Under the pieces are notes generated by a model, which was given only the letters and a program-made list of their open reading frames with translations, was not told where the DNA came from and did no database searches. The position numbers and the translations under genes are program-made. A stretch of 64,000 nucleotides of DNA from Hydrolagus colliei. Taxonomy: Eukaryota. Shown one piece after another: positions 37,234 to 49,162 of this stretch. Location: the NCBI GenBank assembly GCA_035084275.1, contig CM068753.1, forward strand, positions 12,648,001 to 12,712,000, written 5' to 3'. Numbering within the stretch: position 1 is the stretch's first letter; every line of letters starts with the position of its first letter.

Positions 37234-38964
37234 GTAAGAGCTTTTGCTTGCTACTATTTTGCTTCTGCTTCGCATTGCATGGTTACCATCTATCAAAACC
37301 TCTCCTGATTATTATTAATGTAAGCTAAGTAAGAATTGTTTTCTACAATGTATTTATTGTGTGCATTCTCCTTTCACTCGGTTTAAACTTGTCAAACTTG
37401 TCCGTTCCCTTCCTGTTGGAATTTGCCCAAATTCAAATTCATCCCAAACTTTAATGAATGATCTTACAAATTCTGCCGACAGAATATTTTTCAAGTACTG
37501 TAGTTGGTTTAAGGAAAGGTTCAGATGACAACAAGAAACTTTGTTCCCATCGTGTAGCTAGGCCACGTAGTCACTTCTCCCTATTCTGCCTTAGAGGAGG
37601 ATTACACACAAGGTTCTAATGTGTCATGTCAAAAGGATTTCAAACGAGAAACTATTGGAATGTATGTAGTGTACAGTATTATGACAGAGTGTTAAAATGG
37701 CAAGAATTTGCCTATTGGGTTTGCACAGTTGTGGTGGAAATGCCACCGCGAATAGATACAAAGAAGAATGTTAGCACATGTCCATTTAGACAAAGCAAAG
37801 CAAACCTAGAATAAAAGGCAGTATAAGCAGATTCATAAGAGAGATTTCAAAAAGCTAGACCCAATTGCTCCACCCAATTGTTGGTGTGAACACTAAAATG
37901 TACAATATCTCTGAGCATCCACAAGCTTCCCACCCTGAGAGAAGCAGTTACATCTCACTCCACGTCCTTCCCAGTCTTGTACAACACCCCAAAGTTCTCT
38001 GTAACATATAATGCACCAGCTAGTCACTATGGGAACCTGACAATTCATCATGAACATTAGGGCCAGTACATCACTTTCAGCTAAACCTGAAGCATTCAGC
38101 AACTCCATTCATCAAACCGAGAACTTTTCCTGTGTCAAACATGCTCAGAGCATTGAGCTATGATGCCCCAGGGCTCTCTGTCAACAGCCCAGTAAGATGA
38201 CACCACACCTGCATACGTTCACAATTCTGTTACAGTCGAGCCAATGTGAGACACTCTTTACTATTCACCACTTTCATTAAAGTGCAGAGCAGGTTTGTTT
38301 AGAGCAGCGTTTACGCACCGCCAAGTAATTGTGAAAGCAATGCACGATTTTCTGCAACTCTATAAAAGACTCTCTCTCAACATGCTACCTAACTGGAGGT
38401 ATTTAACACTTATTTTCAATGCAAATGTGAGGAGGCGGGGGAATTGTGAAAACGAGGGATAATTTGTACACTCTAGCGTGTGTGTTTTTTTTAATTTTTT
38501 ACTCTGGGCTTCCATGTGTAAGCTTCCAATTCAATTCCCTGACCCTCCCATAGCTTGGCTGAATTTCCCAAGATTTCATCCCCACTTATGCCCCGATTAT
38601 CCTCTCATGAATCATGACATAAACAGGGAGGAGGGTAAAAAAAAAGAGTCAATAGCTCTAAAAAGATGGGAACTCGAAAATCACCTTTTTAACTTAGGGG
38701 AGAGATTGCTAAACGGTTGTTCACTTTGACTTATTTGAATAATTCTGAAATGTCAACCCGTCCTTTCCTTTATTCCAACTGCAAAACAGAAAGAATTCTT
38801 CAATGAAAGAATTCTGAACGGCACCGTTAGTGTTTTAATCTGTTATGAAAACTCAGCGGAACCCTCTTCCTATCCTATCATGCTAATCTTTTATCTCATA
38901 ATAGCGATAATGATAATAATAATAATGCAATTTGATTCCTGTTTCCCTGATGCCCCTGTGCTGA

Positions 38965-39350
38965 TTGCCCAATGTGATGCTGCACCTTATACAGACCAGG
39001 CAGCTCTCAGATCGATTTCCCTGGGTTTGTGCTGAGTTCAGAGCATTTAGACACCTGAACTGACGAGATGCTGCAGTTGGCTTCAGTTGCTTCTCTCTTT
39101 CCCCATCCACGACCTCACCCCCTCTCCACCACCCCCTCTCCACCACCCCCGTCTCCACGCTACTCTTCCTCTCTGGGCTCAGGAGGTGATAAATCAATTC
39201 TGCCGGAAAGTATATGTGTATCGGGTGAACAGGTCGAGCTCGATTGCTACGCACCCTGAGTTGAGAAGGCCACAGTCTTAAGCTTACAGATAAATAACGG
39301 CCACTTAAACCAGGTGCCAGAGGCTGCTGTGCCCATTGAGCTGCGCCACA
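38965..39350 (+). mobile_element. Old SINE-like repeat of a second family
   Basis: Aligns by eye to the reverse complement of 40290-40590 (tacagaccaggcag...ggtttgtgctgagtt vs tactgaccagcag...ggtttgtgcttagtt). Confidence 0.6.
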
Positions 39351-40289
39351 ACCCAGTGTGAGCTGCTGCCGCCTTCACAACAGAAGTGGAAGACAAATAT
39401 TTAAAAACTCCCGAGGAATTATTAGTCATGCAGCCATTTCATACAATTCGTTCATTGATCGGGTGGAGCAGTTCCATTTGATTCCTGTCAACACCCCCTG
39501 CATCATTTTAATTAAAGGAAAGTCAATCCTGGACGTGAATTCCCCCCTTACCCTGTGATCATTTTTTAAAAAACATTTCCTCCCTGCATTCTAAGTATCA
39601 TTCACAATTTAAAATTATTTCCGATCAGTTGACTGCTTTTTGACAACTTCCTCTGATTGAGATGTTTCCTTTCCATATTTTTTCTCCTTGTCAAATTGGA
39701 GTCGTTTCACTACTGTAAGACCACTTACAGATTTAATACTCCTCTTAATATTGTTCACGTGGTTGCCAGTATTCGTTGCAATCAACTGAGCAAACATCTA
39801 TTTACTTTAAATTCTGAGCCACATTACTTGTTACCCAACATTTCCATCCAAACTTCTGAGCAGTCTAAAGATTACACACTGTTTCTAAATCCATAAATCC
39901 TTCGAAGACTATCATCAAAAATTTCAGATGAAGTTGCAGACATCAGCTACTTTTATTTGAATTCTGTGCACTTGGATATAATGCCACTTTATTTTTGGCA
40001 CATCACTTTGATTCAAATTATACAGGGATTAAGGAGGATTATATTTTGTTCTCTATTCACATCAAAAGATCTACAGAGAGACAAATCCATTTACTGAATC
40101 ATATCCAAATCAGTTATTAAATAAATGACACATTTAGAGTTTTGCTATTTTATTGAGCGAGGGAAAGTGGATTTTGTTTTCCTCCCCCCAAAAAATGGTC
40201 TTAATTCTAACCACATAGATTAAAATCATTTTAAATTCAACCATTCTTATGGAGAGTATGAATCCTATAAAAGTGCTGCTTTCAATTTC

Positions 40290-40590
40290 ATTCTTAATGT
40301 GTGAGCCTTGACATTGAGTGTCAGCAGGCAAACTGTTCAGCCCCGGGGATATTATAACCAAGTCTGTCCCGTCCTCAGCCAACACTGGTAGACATTCCAG
40401 GAGTCATCATTGGTTAGTAGTCTGAATCAGGCAGGAACCCCTGTTCTCTGCCTCCCCTATGCCCAGAGATATTGAATTTAACGAAAATGAACCTTCCACA
40501 AGCCTCACTTAGATCATCAGATAACTAAGCACAAACCGTGGATCAAATCTGCAATCTGCTGGTCAGTAATAATCAGCACTACATCAGGCG
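40290..40590 (-). mobile_element. Old SINE-like repeat of the second family, inverted copy
   Basis: See 38965-39350; a related head fragment lies at ~6435-6520. Confidence 0.6.
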
Positions 40591-40775
40591 CAGCATTCAG
40601 CTACTCGGGGAAAACCACTTTCTTCAATATTAAGGCCAGTTTCAAAGTTTCCTCTTCTTTTGTTTGACGGTGAGCTTTCAATAGCTTAACATAACAAACC
40701 GAAAGCCACTTACAATGTGCCGTTTGCTTACTGTTTGGTGAATTGTAAATATTCTTTATCCTCTCCTACACGCAG

Positions 40776-40845
40776 CAACCCTTCTATCATAAAAAATATA
40801 CAGACCAGCCTTGGATATGGCTCACCTCTCAGTGCTGCTTTACAG
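40776..40845 (+). CDS. FOXP1: FOXP1 coding exon after the forkhead domain (70 nt)
   Basis: acgcag|C AAC CCT...TTA CAG|gtaaga; NPSIIKNIQTSLGYGSPLSAALQ. Confidence 0.94.
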
Positions 40846-41442
40846 GTAAGATCAGCGACTGGCACGCTTGGGTCTGCTGAGCCCAGAGTCTCCAAATTCC
40901 TTGTTCAATCCGCAAAATGACTCTCGCACTAATTAGATATTAAAATTTAATTTCTTTAAACTTTTTAAGTGCGCGAGGCATTAAAGCCCTGGGGCGGCCG
41001 CATTGTAAGCCACTGGAGCGTTCGCTGGTTGTTTCGCATTTTGAATATTGTGGCAAAAATTAAAAGTTCACTTATTAATATTTATCAGTGGTATCACAAT
41101 TTCCACCATCTTATTTCAGAATGTGGCTCGAGGCGAAAACACCACAAGTGTAATTACTCCGGCACAACTATTAATGTGCTGCAATGATGGGATTCAGTGT
41201 CACATGGCCCCCTATTGTTACCGACTATAAGGAGGAAGCACGAGGGCAGCTCGGTTTCTGTTATCATTAGCATATTTTTATCTTGAATCGTAGTTCAGTC
41301 AGATTTTCCCTGTCCTCCTCCTCTCCCCTCCCCTCCCACCACCGCCACCACCACCCCACTGCCAGTCGGGTTCATAACCCACTTCCGCTGCCAAAGGGAG
41401 GGTGTCCAAATCGATAGACATCTTTTGCTACGTCGTGGCACG

Positions 41443-41600
41443 ATAATAATCCTTGCGTTTGAGATAGCACCTCGCGGCACCGTTGGGACGCCTCAAAGCG
41501 CTTCACGGAATATACCGTGCAGTAAGTTGACTCGTATATTGTGTGGGCAACGCGAGGTGCCGTGTGGAAGTGTCGCAGGTCACGCTGCCCAGAAATGAAA
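41443..41600 (-). mobile_element. SINE 3' fragment
   Basis: ataataatccttgcgtttgagatagcacc...ctcaaagcgcttcacggaatatac. Confidence 0.78.
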
Positions 41601-43288
41601 GCCGCCCGCCTCCACTTAAGTGGCACAGCCCAAAGAGAAACAAACCTGTCGAGATTTCCCCGGCTGGGAGGGAGCCGGCTTCGGACACATCAAATTCAAA
41701 AACATGCAGATAAAGAGTTGTACGAGATTTTACACCGCAGGAGAGCGCCGGGCTCACTGTGCCAGTTCTCTCTGAGGGAACTCGTCCCTGTCGGGTCCCA
41801 CTCCCCGGCACCCGTTTCACGTTTTTATTTTTTGAAACGACGTTTAATTCCTTCGTTTAAAAAAAAAAAGAAGCCAGTGGTGGTTTCTGCTTCAACCACA
41901 GTTTTTGGTGGGGCAGTCACTGTTTAATATCCGTGTTTGTGTGTGTGCTTTTTTAAAGAAAAAACACACCCAAGGGAGAACACATTTTAGAAATTCCAAA
42001 AGCAACATTTCTTCTCGTTTGATTCTGTCCGATTTTCTGCCCCCCAAATATTGCAGAGCAATAGGCTGTAACATGCACTTGCTTAACCAAGGAGACGACC
42101 ACCATACAAGGATATTGACAGTGAAGAAAACATATTTGTCCTCTTTTGACTCTTTAGATGCGTACTGACCTTTGACATGAAGGGTGGGTGGGGGAGAGAG
42201 AGAATGAGGAAGAACGCTAATAGGTAGCTAGAAGGAAAATAGTAAATACCATTTGCTGTCAGCTTGTAGTCCTCTGGGACACATCAAATAGTTTTAGAGC
42301 CTATTTTATCTTGCAGAAGGTATTAAAAATTGCAAGCAGTTTTGTGGCTTTTTACACATTATGTGCCATAAAAAAAGGCTGGCAGCAATCTCCAACTTCT
42401 GTGCACATCAATGTGGTATTTAACCAATGTGTAATTACTGCATTTGACGTACTCGCTCCAGTAATAAGAAGTACATTTGTGCCCAAATGTTCTACTCCCG
42501 ATTTGCAAAATGGAGTGGATATGAACGGGGCAAGTGCAAAGATATGAGGACATGTAGACATGTATTAACGCAGATTGTCAGGAAAATGTTTAGTACTAAA
42601 AATTAACTGTGTGAGAACTCGGGGGCGGTGGGTGATCATTCACTTCTTTCAAGACACAGTCTGCCTTGGTGGAAAAAGACCCAGGTTTTCTTCAGGGCAC
42701 AAAGTTCCTAATCTCAAACGAGCCCTGGTCTGTAGGAAGCACAAGGCAGAATGACGCCCAGCTAATGGTCCAGGGTTTGCTTTTGGGTGAGCATGGGAAT
42801 GTAGCACGTGCAAACACACCAAACCAATTGCTCCAGTCTGCTCATCGTATGTAGTCAGCAGGACACTCGGCTCAGAGGCGTATGTTTTGTGCTCGGTGGG
42901 GACTTTAAGCTCACTGCCCAGGCATCCTCTGATTAAACGCTGGTGCAATTTTAGCACTGTCAGATTTGCTGTCCACTTGATGAGACATGAACCCAAAATC
43001 CAATGTTGGTTTATTTGATATATTTGCATCCAACTGTCTCAAATCACTGATTCCGCAGGAGTAGCTGGGTGGGTAGCCTCTTTTCTCCCTCATCCTCACC
43101 TACATGTCTTAATGCAAATACAATGTTTCCCCATATGGTAAAAATGTAATCGTATTAAATGTCAGAGACTATGTAGGATATGTTACTTGCCATAGGGAGC
43201 GAGGGAGAAATAGCCAGTCGGCTAATCAGTTGAAAGAAACCCTGTGTATTTTTGTTTTAAATGAATTTTCCTTGTGCTCTTGTAACAG

Positions 43289-43455
43289 GCTTCCATGGCT
43301 GAAAATAACATACCTCTGTACACTACTGCTTCCATGGGACATCCCACTATAGCTACCATGGTGAGTAGTATACATGAGGAGCTAAATGGTGCAGTGGAGC
43401 ATGGAAATAGCAACGAGAGTGACAGCAGTCCAGGACGCTCTCCACTGCAAACTAT
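43289..43455 (+). CDS. FOXP1: FOXP1 penultimate coding exon (167 nt)
   Basis: taacag|GCT TCC ATG...ACT AT|gtgagt; [55 protein letters not shown](M). Confidence 0.94.
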
Positions 43456-43969
43456 GTGAGTACACTGAGCAATGCTTTCTGTCGTCCTCTCCGCATGTTC
43501 GTTTCACCTAGTTTCATATCCCCCACATTCCAATAATCTTCTAACCGGTTCTTTATATATATATACATATATACACACACATATATATTGAGATATATAC
43601 TTCCAGCCCTGTTTCTTAATTCGGGCTTAGTTGGGTATTGATAGCAGCTGTGAAAAAACAATAATGTGTCCCCATCAAACCTTTACCCTCCGTAACAAAT
43701 TTTTGAATTCAAAATGATAGTTCAAAATTGTAATTGTTCCAACTTCCAGCTCTATTTCTTGCTTCAGTCTTATTGATTTTTGAGCCCTTTGCCATCGAGT
43801 GGAGCAGTGTAGTTGAACCTGAATCAGGCTATTTTGTTCTGAAAGGTTGCCCACAGGCTTCTTTCAAGCGGTAGACACAGAATAGAGCACGAGGATGACA
43901 AGCATGAATTAGTAATACACCTGTAATCATGCTTCATGTTGGGGAGATGCAGCAGGGTTTAGGAGTCGG

Positions 43970-44375
43970 TCTGGCTCAGTTGATAGATAGCGCGTTCCAC
44001 TCAAAGTCTGCAGGTTCCGGCTCCGCATCAGGACCTTGCGCTCACAGTCTGTGCCAAAGCTCTCAGTGCATTGCTGGGGGGTGCTGCATTGTTTGATTTG
44101 AGGTGACATACTTCAGATGAGCCATTAAACTGATGTCCCGCCTGCCTGTTCTGGTGGGACTCGAGGAAAATGTGATACTTTTCGAGAAGAGGAGGGAGCT
44201 TCTCTCGATGTCCTTGCCAACAATTCCCACTCCTCCCACAAACATTTTTTTTTAAATGAAGTCATTCACTTCATGCCTGTTTCCGGGAGGGCACTAATGT
44301 GCACAAATTAGCCACCTTCAAATACCCGGTCACTAACCTTTTACAGAAATGTCATATAAATGCAAGAATCATTAT
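43970..44375 (+). mobile_element. Older, diverged DeuSINE (SacSINE1/AmnSINE-like)
   Basis: ggctcagttg head; tgctgcattg...gaggtgacatacttcagatgagccattaaactga...gatgtccttgccaacaatt...tgtgcacaaattagccacc. Recognised from recollection of the family. Confidence 0.65.
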
Positions 44376-47300
44376 TATGAACATTGGCTGCGATATAAAG
44401 AACAACACATTTTTGCATGATCCACCTCCCCCCCACCCCACCCCCCACAACAACCACGTTGGTTTTCAGCCCCACCCTCCTACTCTCCCGTCAGGGTGGC
44501 AGATACAGCAATTTGGGCAGCAAGGTAACATCCAGCTCTCTGCCCCTAGATGTTATGGTTTGAATGTGTGGAAGGGAGAGTGTGTGGGGGGTGGGGTGCG
44601 AGGCAGCATAAACTGAGCCAGCCCCTACACACCATTTGTTTTATTATTGGCCCGAACAGAACTTTTTTTGGGGGGTCCCAAGAGATCCGAGGGAGAATCC
44701 ACAATTAAGAACCAATTTCACGCCTGCCAGCTTGAAACCAGATTCTCAATTTTAAAACCCAGCTTGGTGCTGTGGTGGGGGGAAGGTAGGGTAGGTATTC
44801 TGGAAGGGTGAGACCCAAACTAAGCTGGCCTTGCGAAGGTTGAGTGCGTCCACGTACACCTCTTCATGTTGCTTCAGGGTAAAGATCCCAGCACCTCCAG
44901 CTTCATGGGGCTTCACGCTAAAAGGTGCAATAATTTAAAGCTAATGCCTTCATTCACTTCCCTGTAGTATAAAACTTGGATGGAGGAGTTTCGAGTTATC
45001 TTAGCTTTCTCCAACTCTGCTGTATATTTCTCTGGTATCAGGGTGAGCTGGTGTTACCCCCTCTCTCCCCCCCCCCCCCCCCCATCCCCCCATCCCGCCT
45101 TTCCAAAGTCTGTTGGTATTTGTAACAAGGTGTTGTTAAAAGGAACCTGGTTAAAAACTTGGCTGATCATTTTCCCCCCCTCCCTCCTCAGGAGATATGG
45201 CTTTCCCCTGGACTCACCAGCTTCTATCTCAGCTCAGCTGAGATCAGGAATTCACCTTGTGAGCAACCCCAGGTGCGAACCCACATCCTATTACAGCCTG
45301 CTTATATTCGGTCCCGATGCGCACTTCTACACCTCCGCCTGTGTGTTTGTGTGTGTGTGTGTGTGTGTTTTTTTTAACAAAAAAGCCCAGATTGTTTTGA
45401 TCTCAAGGCTCTTTAGAATACAATTGCAGTGCAGTTTACATCGCAAATTTACATCTACAACCGCAGAACTATTATAAGAGAATTGACATTTGTTAATGTC
45501 TTGCTGTTGGATTTGAAAACAACTTGAACTTTATATGGCGCCTCTCGGATTAGGATAACATCTCAAAGCGCTAGACACCGAGCACGGAGGGAGGGGAGGG
45601 AGGGAGGGGAGGGAGGGGTGAAATTGACCGAAAGTGCGGTCGAACGGGTAAGTTCTCATTTGTGTCTAAAACTAGGGGAATGGCAAGAGAGGAAGAGCGA
45701 GAACAAAGGTGAATGAATTTCGGGGGGTGATTCCAGAGAGCTAGTGACAAACCAAGAACTGTTCGCAAGAGCTGTTTAGGGCACACTGCAGCCATCTCCA
45801 AAGGGATGCGATGCGCAAGTTGCAAGGTGAACAACTGTCAAGCCAGCAAGTGTTGCTCCATAATGAGAGCTTCACACGGCAGAGCTGTGTGAATTCCACA
45901 GCTAGGTTTCCTGTGATCTCTTGAAAAATAACCATTCAAACGAGGTTGAGTATACAAATTCAAAAAGTGGGATAATTAGATCCAGGATGGCCTACAGCAA
46001 ACCCGGCTTCTTTTTTTTTTGCAAGCTTTTTTTTTAATATAACTTGGTTATTGTACAATCTTTTGCATGTTTTTTTTTCATAAACAAATGATGCCAACAA
46101 CAAAACAAGCGTTCAAACAAAGGTGTTGAATATTTTTCTGCCTCCAGCCACTGTAAACCTAAAACTTGTAATAAATTTTGCAGAATAAAACTGCTCATTC
46201 ACTTGCTTACATTATAAGCTTAAAATAATATGCTACAGACAGCATCATTGCCAGGCATTAATGGTCGCTCATATGAAAGGCTACATGATTTATAGATCAC
46301 TCTTAAAATATCAAAAGGAAAATTAATAGGAGCATTACAGTACCAGACGGCAGTATAATGAGCGCATATATAACAGTATGAAGTAATGGGAGATTGCTGT
46401 CCACACTAAGTATGGATGGCGTTGAGGGCAGAATGGAACAGGAAGGGTAAGGCAGGATGGGTGGGTTGCTGTCCTATGGGTGTTCGTAGTATTTATAGGG
46501 ATTATTGAACAAGTTTCTCTCTCTTCCCCCCTCCGCCCCCACCTCCCTCTCTCTCTCTCTGCTCTCCCTCCCTCTCTCTCTCTGCTGACTCTGGGAAAAA
46601 ATGCATCTTATTGCAATCTTTAAAACTGTCAATACGAGAGGAAGTTTCTACGCATGTGAGATGAGTTTGTTTGATTACTCAGTGCGGTTTGTTGCATTTT
46701 GTTACATCTGCTTTACATCTCGTGAGTTGAGTCTGGCCCAAAGAAAAATGAATCCCCAAATTACATTCAAAAAATCTGGGAAACTCGCGGTTTGACGCAG
46801 TCGGGAGTTAACCGATCGAAAGCTGAACGTGTCAATGTGTGCTGTTCGCTCACTCTCTGGCTTGTTTGTTGGCAAACTTTGGGCCACCTTTGCAGAAAAG
46901 CGAATGTTGTTCTTTAAAATTGCATCTGTTTACTCTTAACACATGTGGTTTGTTGTGCACAGAATGTACCTTTAGATAAAAATCAACATCACTTTGAACC
47001 TAATGTAAAGACTGCGCAAGGGAAGCGCTGAGTGAAAAAAAAATAGAACACAGCAATAGCTTTAAACAACAGTGTTTAAAACCCCCTTTGCATTGCCGCC
47101 GAAGCCCTGTATCCCTCTTCAAACACCGCAACAACAAAGTACACATTGTTAGCGAAGAATTTTTCTCATTGTGGCTACAAGCCACTGAGGCTTTTGTTTT
47201 CTTTGAAATGCTGGAAAGTACATACACATGCAGTAGAATAATTACTGCTTTAGGACAGTGCACTTTCATCCTGACATGCTCCAAAGGTATAGTCACAAAG

Positions 47301-48639
47301 CAAACTGTGCCATGCTGTGTGCATCAATGAAGCACAATGTATGTCTAAACCAGCAGAGCTTCATTGAAAGCTCTTCCAGCCCCATCCCAGCCCCAGAGAA
47401 ACAAATGAATTATTACAATGTGAAAAGCGTCAGATAAGAATTGGAAATGTGTTTGCAAGTGGCTGTTTACCGAGGCACCCAGGGAGATTAGGGGATAGGG
47501 TCTGTGTGGGTGGTGGGTGTCAGTCAGCGGGGAATGAGCTGGGAAAAGGAGGGGACGGGGAGGACGTGGGGGGAGGCCCCCGGGCAGAGAGGGGCCCAGT
47601 GATAAGAGTCAAATACGCAGTTGTTTTTTCTTAAAAAAAGAAAAAAACAATGAATGCCTTTTAAAAAGTGACTTGTTTTGAAAGCAGCAGGGCGTTCTCT
47701 ACTTTTCCACTTTACTTCCTGTTTCAGTGTATGATAGTCAAGCAAAAGAAACAAACCCATCGAGAACACACAGTGTCTTTCAAAAAAAAAAATCCGAAAA
47801 AACAAACTCTGTTAGCTCAGGAAAAAAGGCACTGTTTGCTCACTGATGTGTTTACATGAGCTTCCTGACAAAACCGCCCCCACCCCCCGCAAAAAAAAAT
47901 CTATTTGTGTTTCTGACTGGATTGTTGTAAATGTGATTTACGCAGGACATTTTTCAATTGATATCACTGTGGTTTCATAAAATCAACCCACATTCTCCCC
48001 CATGGGTTATTCATGTGCTATTCAGTAATGAGAATTTGGCAGATCTCATCTCCTTAGTGCATCCCTTGCCCAGTCCAAGGGCTGGGATCATGTTCTGCCT
48101 TGTTTACAACTGACAGCATTATTATTCTCGTTAGGAATGCAGTTCCGTATCGCACTGTTGTGTTTCGTGGGCTTTTTCCTTTCAGCCTGTGTTTCCTGGC
48201 AGCGCTTTTCTTCCATTATTGACAGTTTGTAAAAATATGCATTAATTTGGAGTTTAAAGCATGTATCATGGTGTCTAGTTGCTGTGTTCGGTTGAAGTTG
48301 ATTAATGATAGAACCTCACTCAGGGTCATCCTCTGGAGACAAGGCTCACAGGTTCTGCATGTTAACTAGAGCAGCGCTGCTCGCCCTGTTCAGCGATCAG
48401 CCTTCACTAGGTGCTTGACAAACAGCTGCTTTGTTGTGCTTATTTTCCTTTAATTTATGTTTTCTGGATGTTGTAAATCTATTGCATTATCAGTTTAAAA
48501 AATCATTTTATTTCAGTTACAAGCGTTTTCTCTGTAGATAGTGTCGCTTGCCCTGTCTCTTTCCTCTCCCACTCCCTCCTCCTCTTCTCAGTTAAGTCAT
48601 GTGGAGGGGGAGAAAATAATTGTTGAAGCTTCCTCCGAT

Positions 48640-48927
48640 ATAATAATAATCCCAGCATTTGATATAGCGCCTTATCTCATCTTCGAGACGCCTCTAAACT
48701 CGTCCACAGAATATGCGGTAACATGTAGTGCGCACAGCAGTGTCCCTCAAAACAGTCGTGGATTGAGTGGCCAAATTATTATTTAAAAGAAATTTTGAAG
48801 GGATTATTTTACAATCTAATAAGAACAGGCTTGTGGAGTAAGAAAACTTGCCCAACATGTTGCCCTGCCCGGGAATCGAATCCAGGTCTTCTTGCTGGCG
48901 AGGCAAGCGCGCTAAGCACTACTCCCA
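48640..48927 (-). mobile_element. Full-length SINE, antisense, ~90 nt upstream of the last exon acceptor
   Basis: Reverse complement of the same tail, middle and tRNA head (gggaatcgaatccaggtc). Confidence 0.88.
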
Positions 48928-49014
48928 ATGGAGTTCCAGAGAGCGAGGGACAAAATGGCGATGGCGGGACAGATATGCCTCTCTTTCCCTCATGGTGATG
49001 TGGTTCCGTTGCAG

Positions 49015-49162
49015 GTATCCTATCCACGTCAAGGAGGAACCTGTGGATGCAGAAGATATGGAGGAGGGTCCACTTTCCTTGGTGACAACAGAAAACCATA
49101 GTCCAGAGCTGGACAATCACAAAGAATATGAAGAGGACCAAGGGAATGAAGACATGGAATGA
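49015..49162 (+). CDS. FOXP1: FOXP1 last coding exon with VKEE SUMO consensus and stop codon
   Basis: ttgcag|G TAT CCT...GAA TGA; [48 protein letters not shown]. The NEDME terminus is FOXP1-type. Confidence 0.95.

Noticed and set aside
38965-40590. Naming these repeats LF-SINE
   Set aside because: Only a general tRNA-like head resemblance; the body does not match my recollection of LF-SINE.
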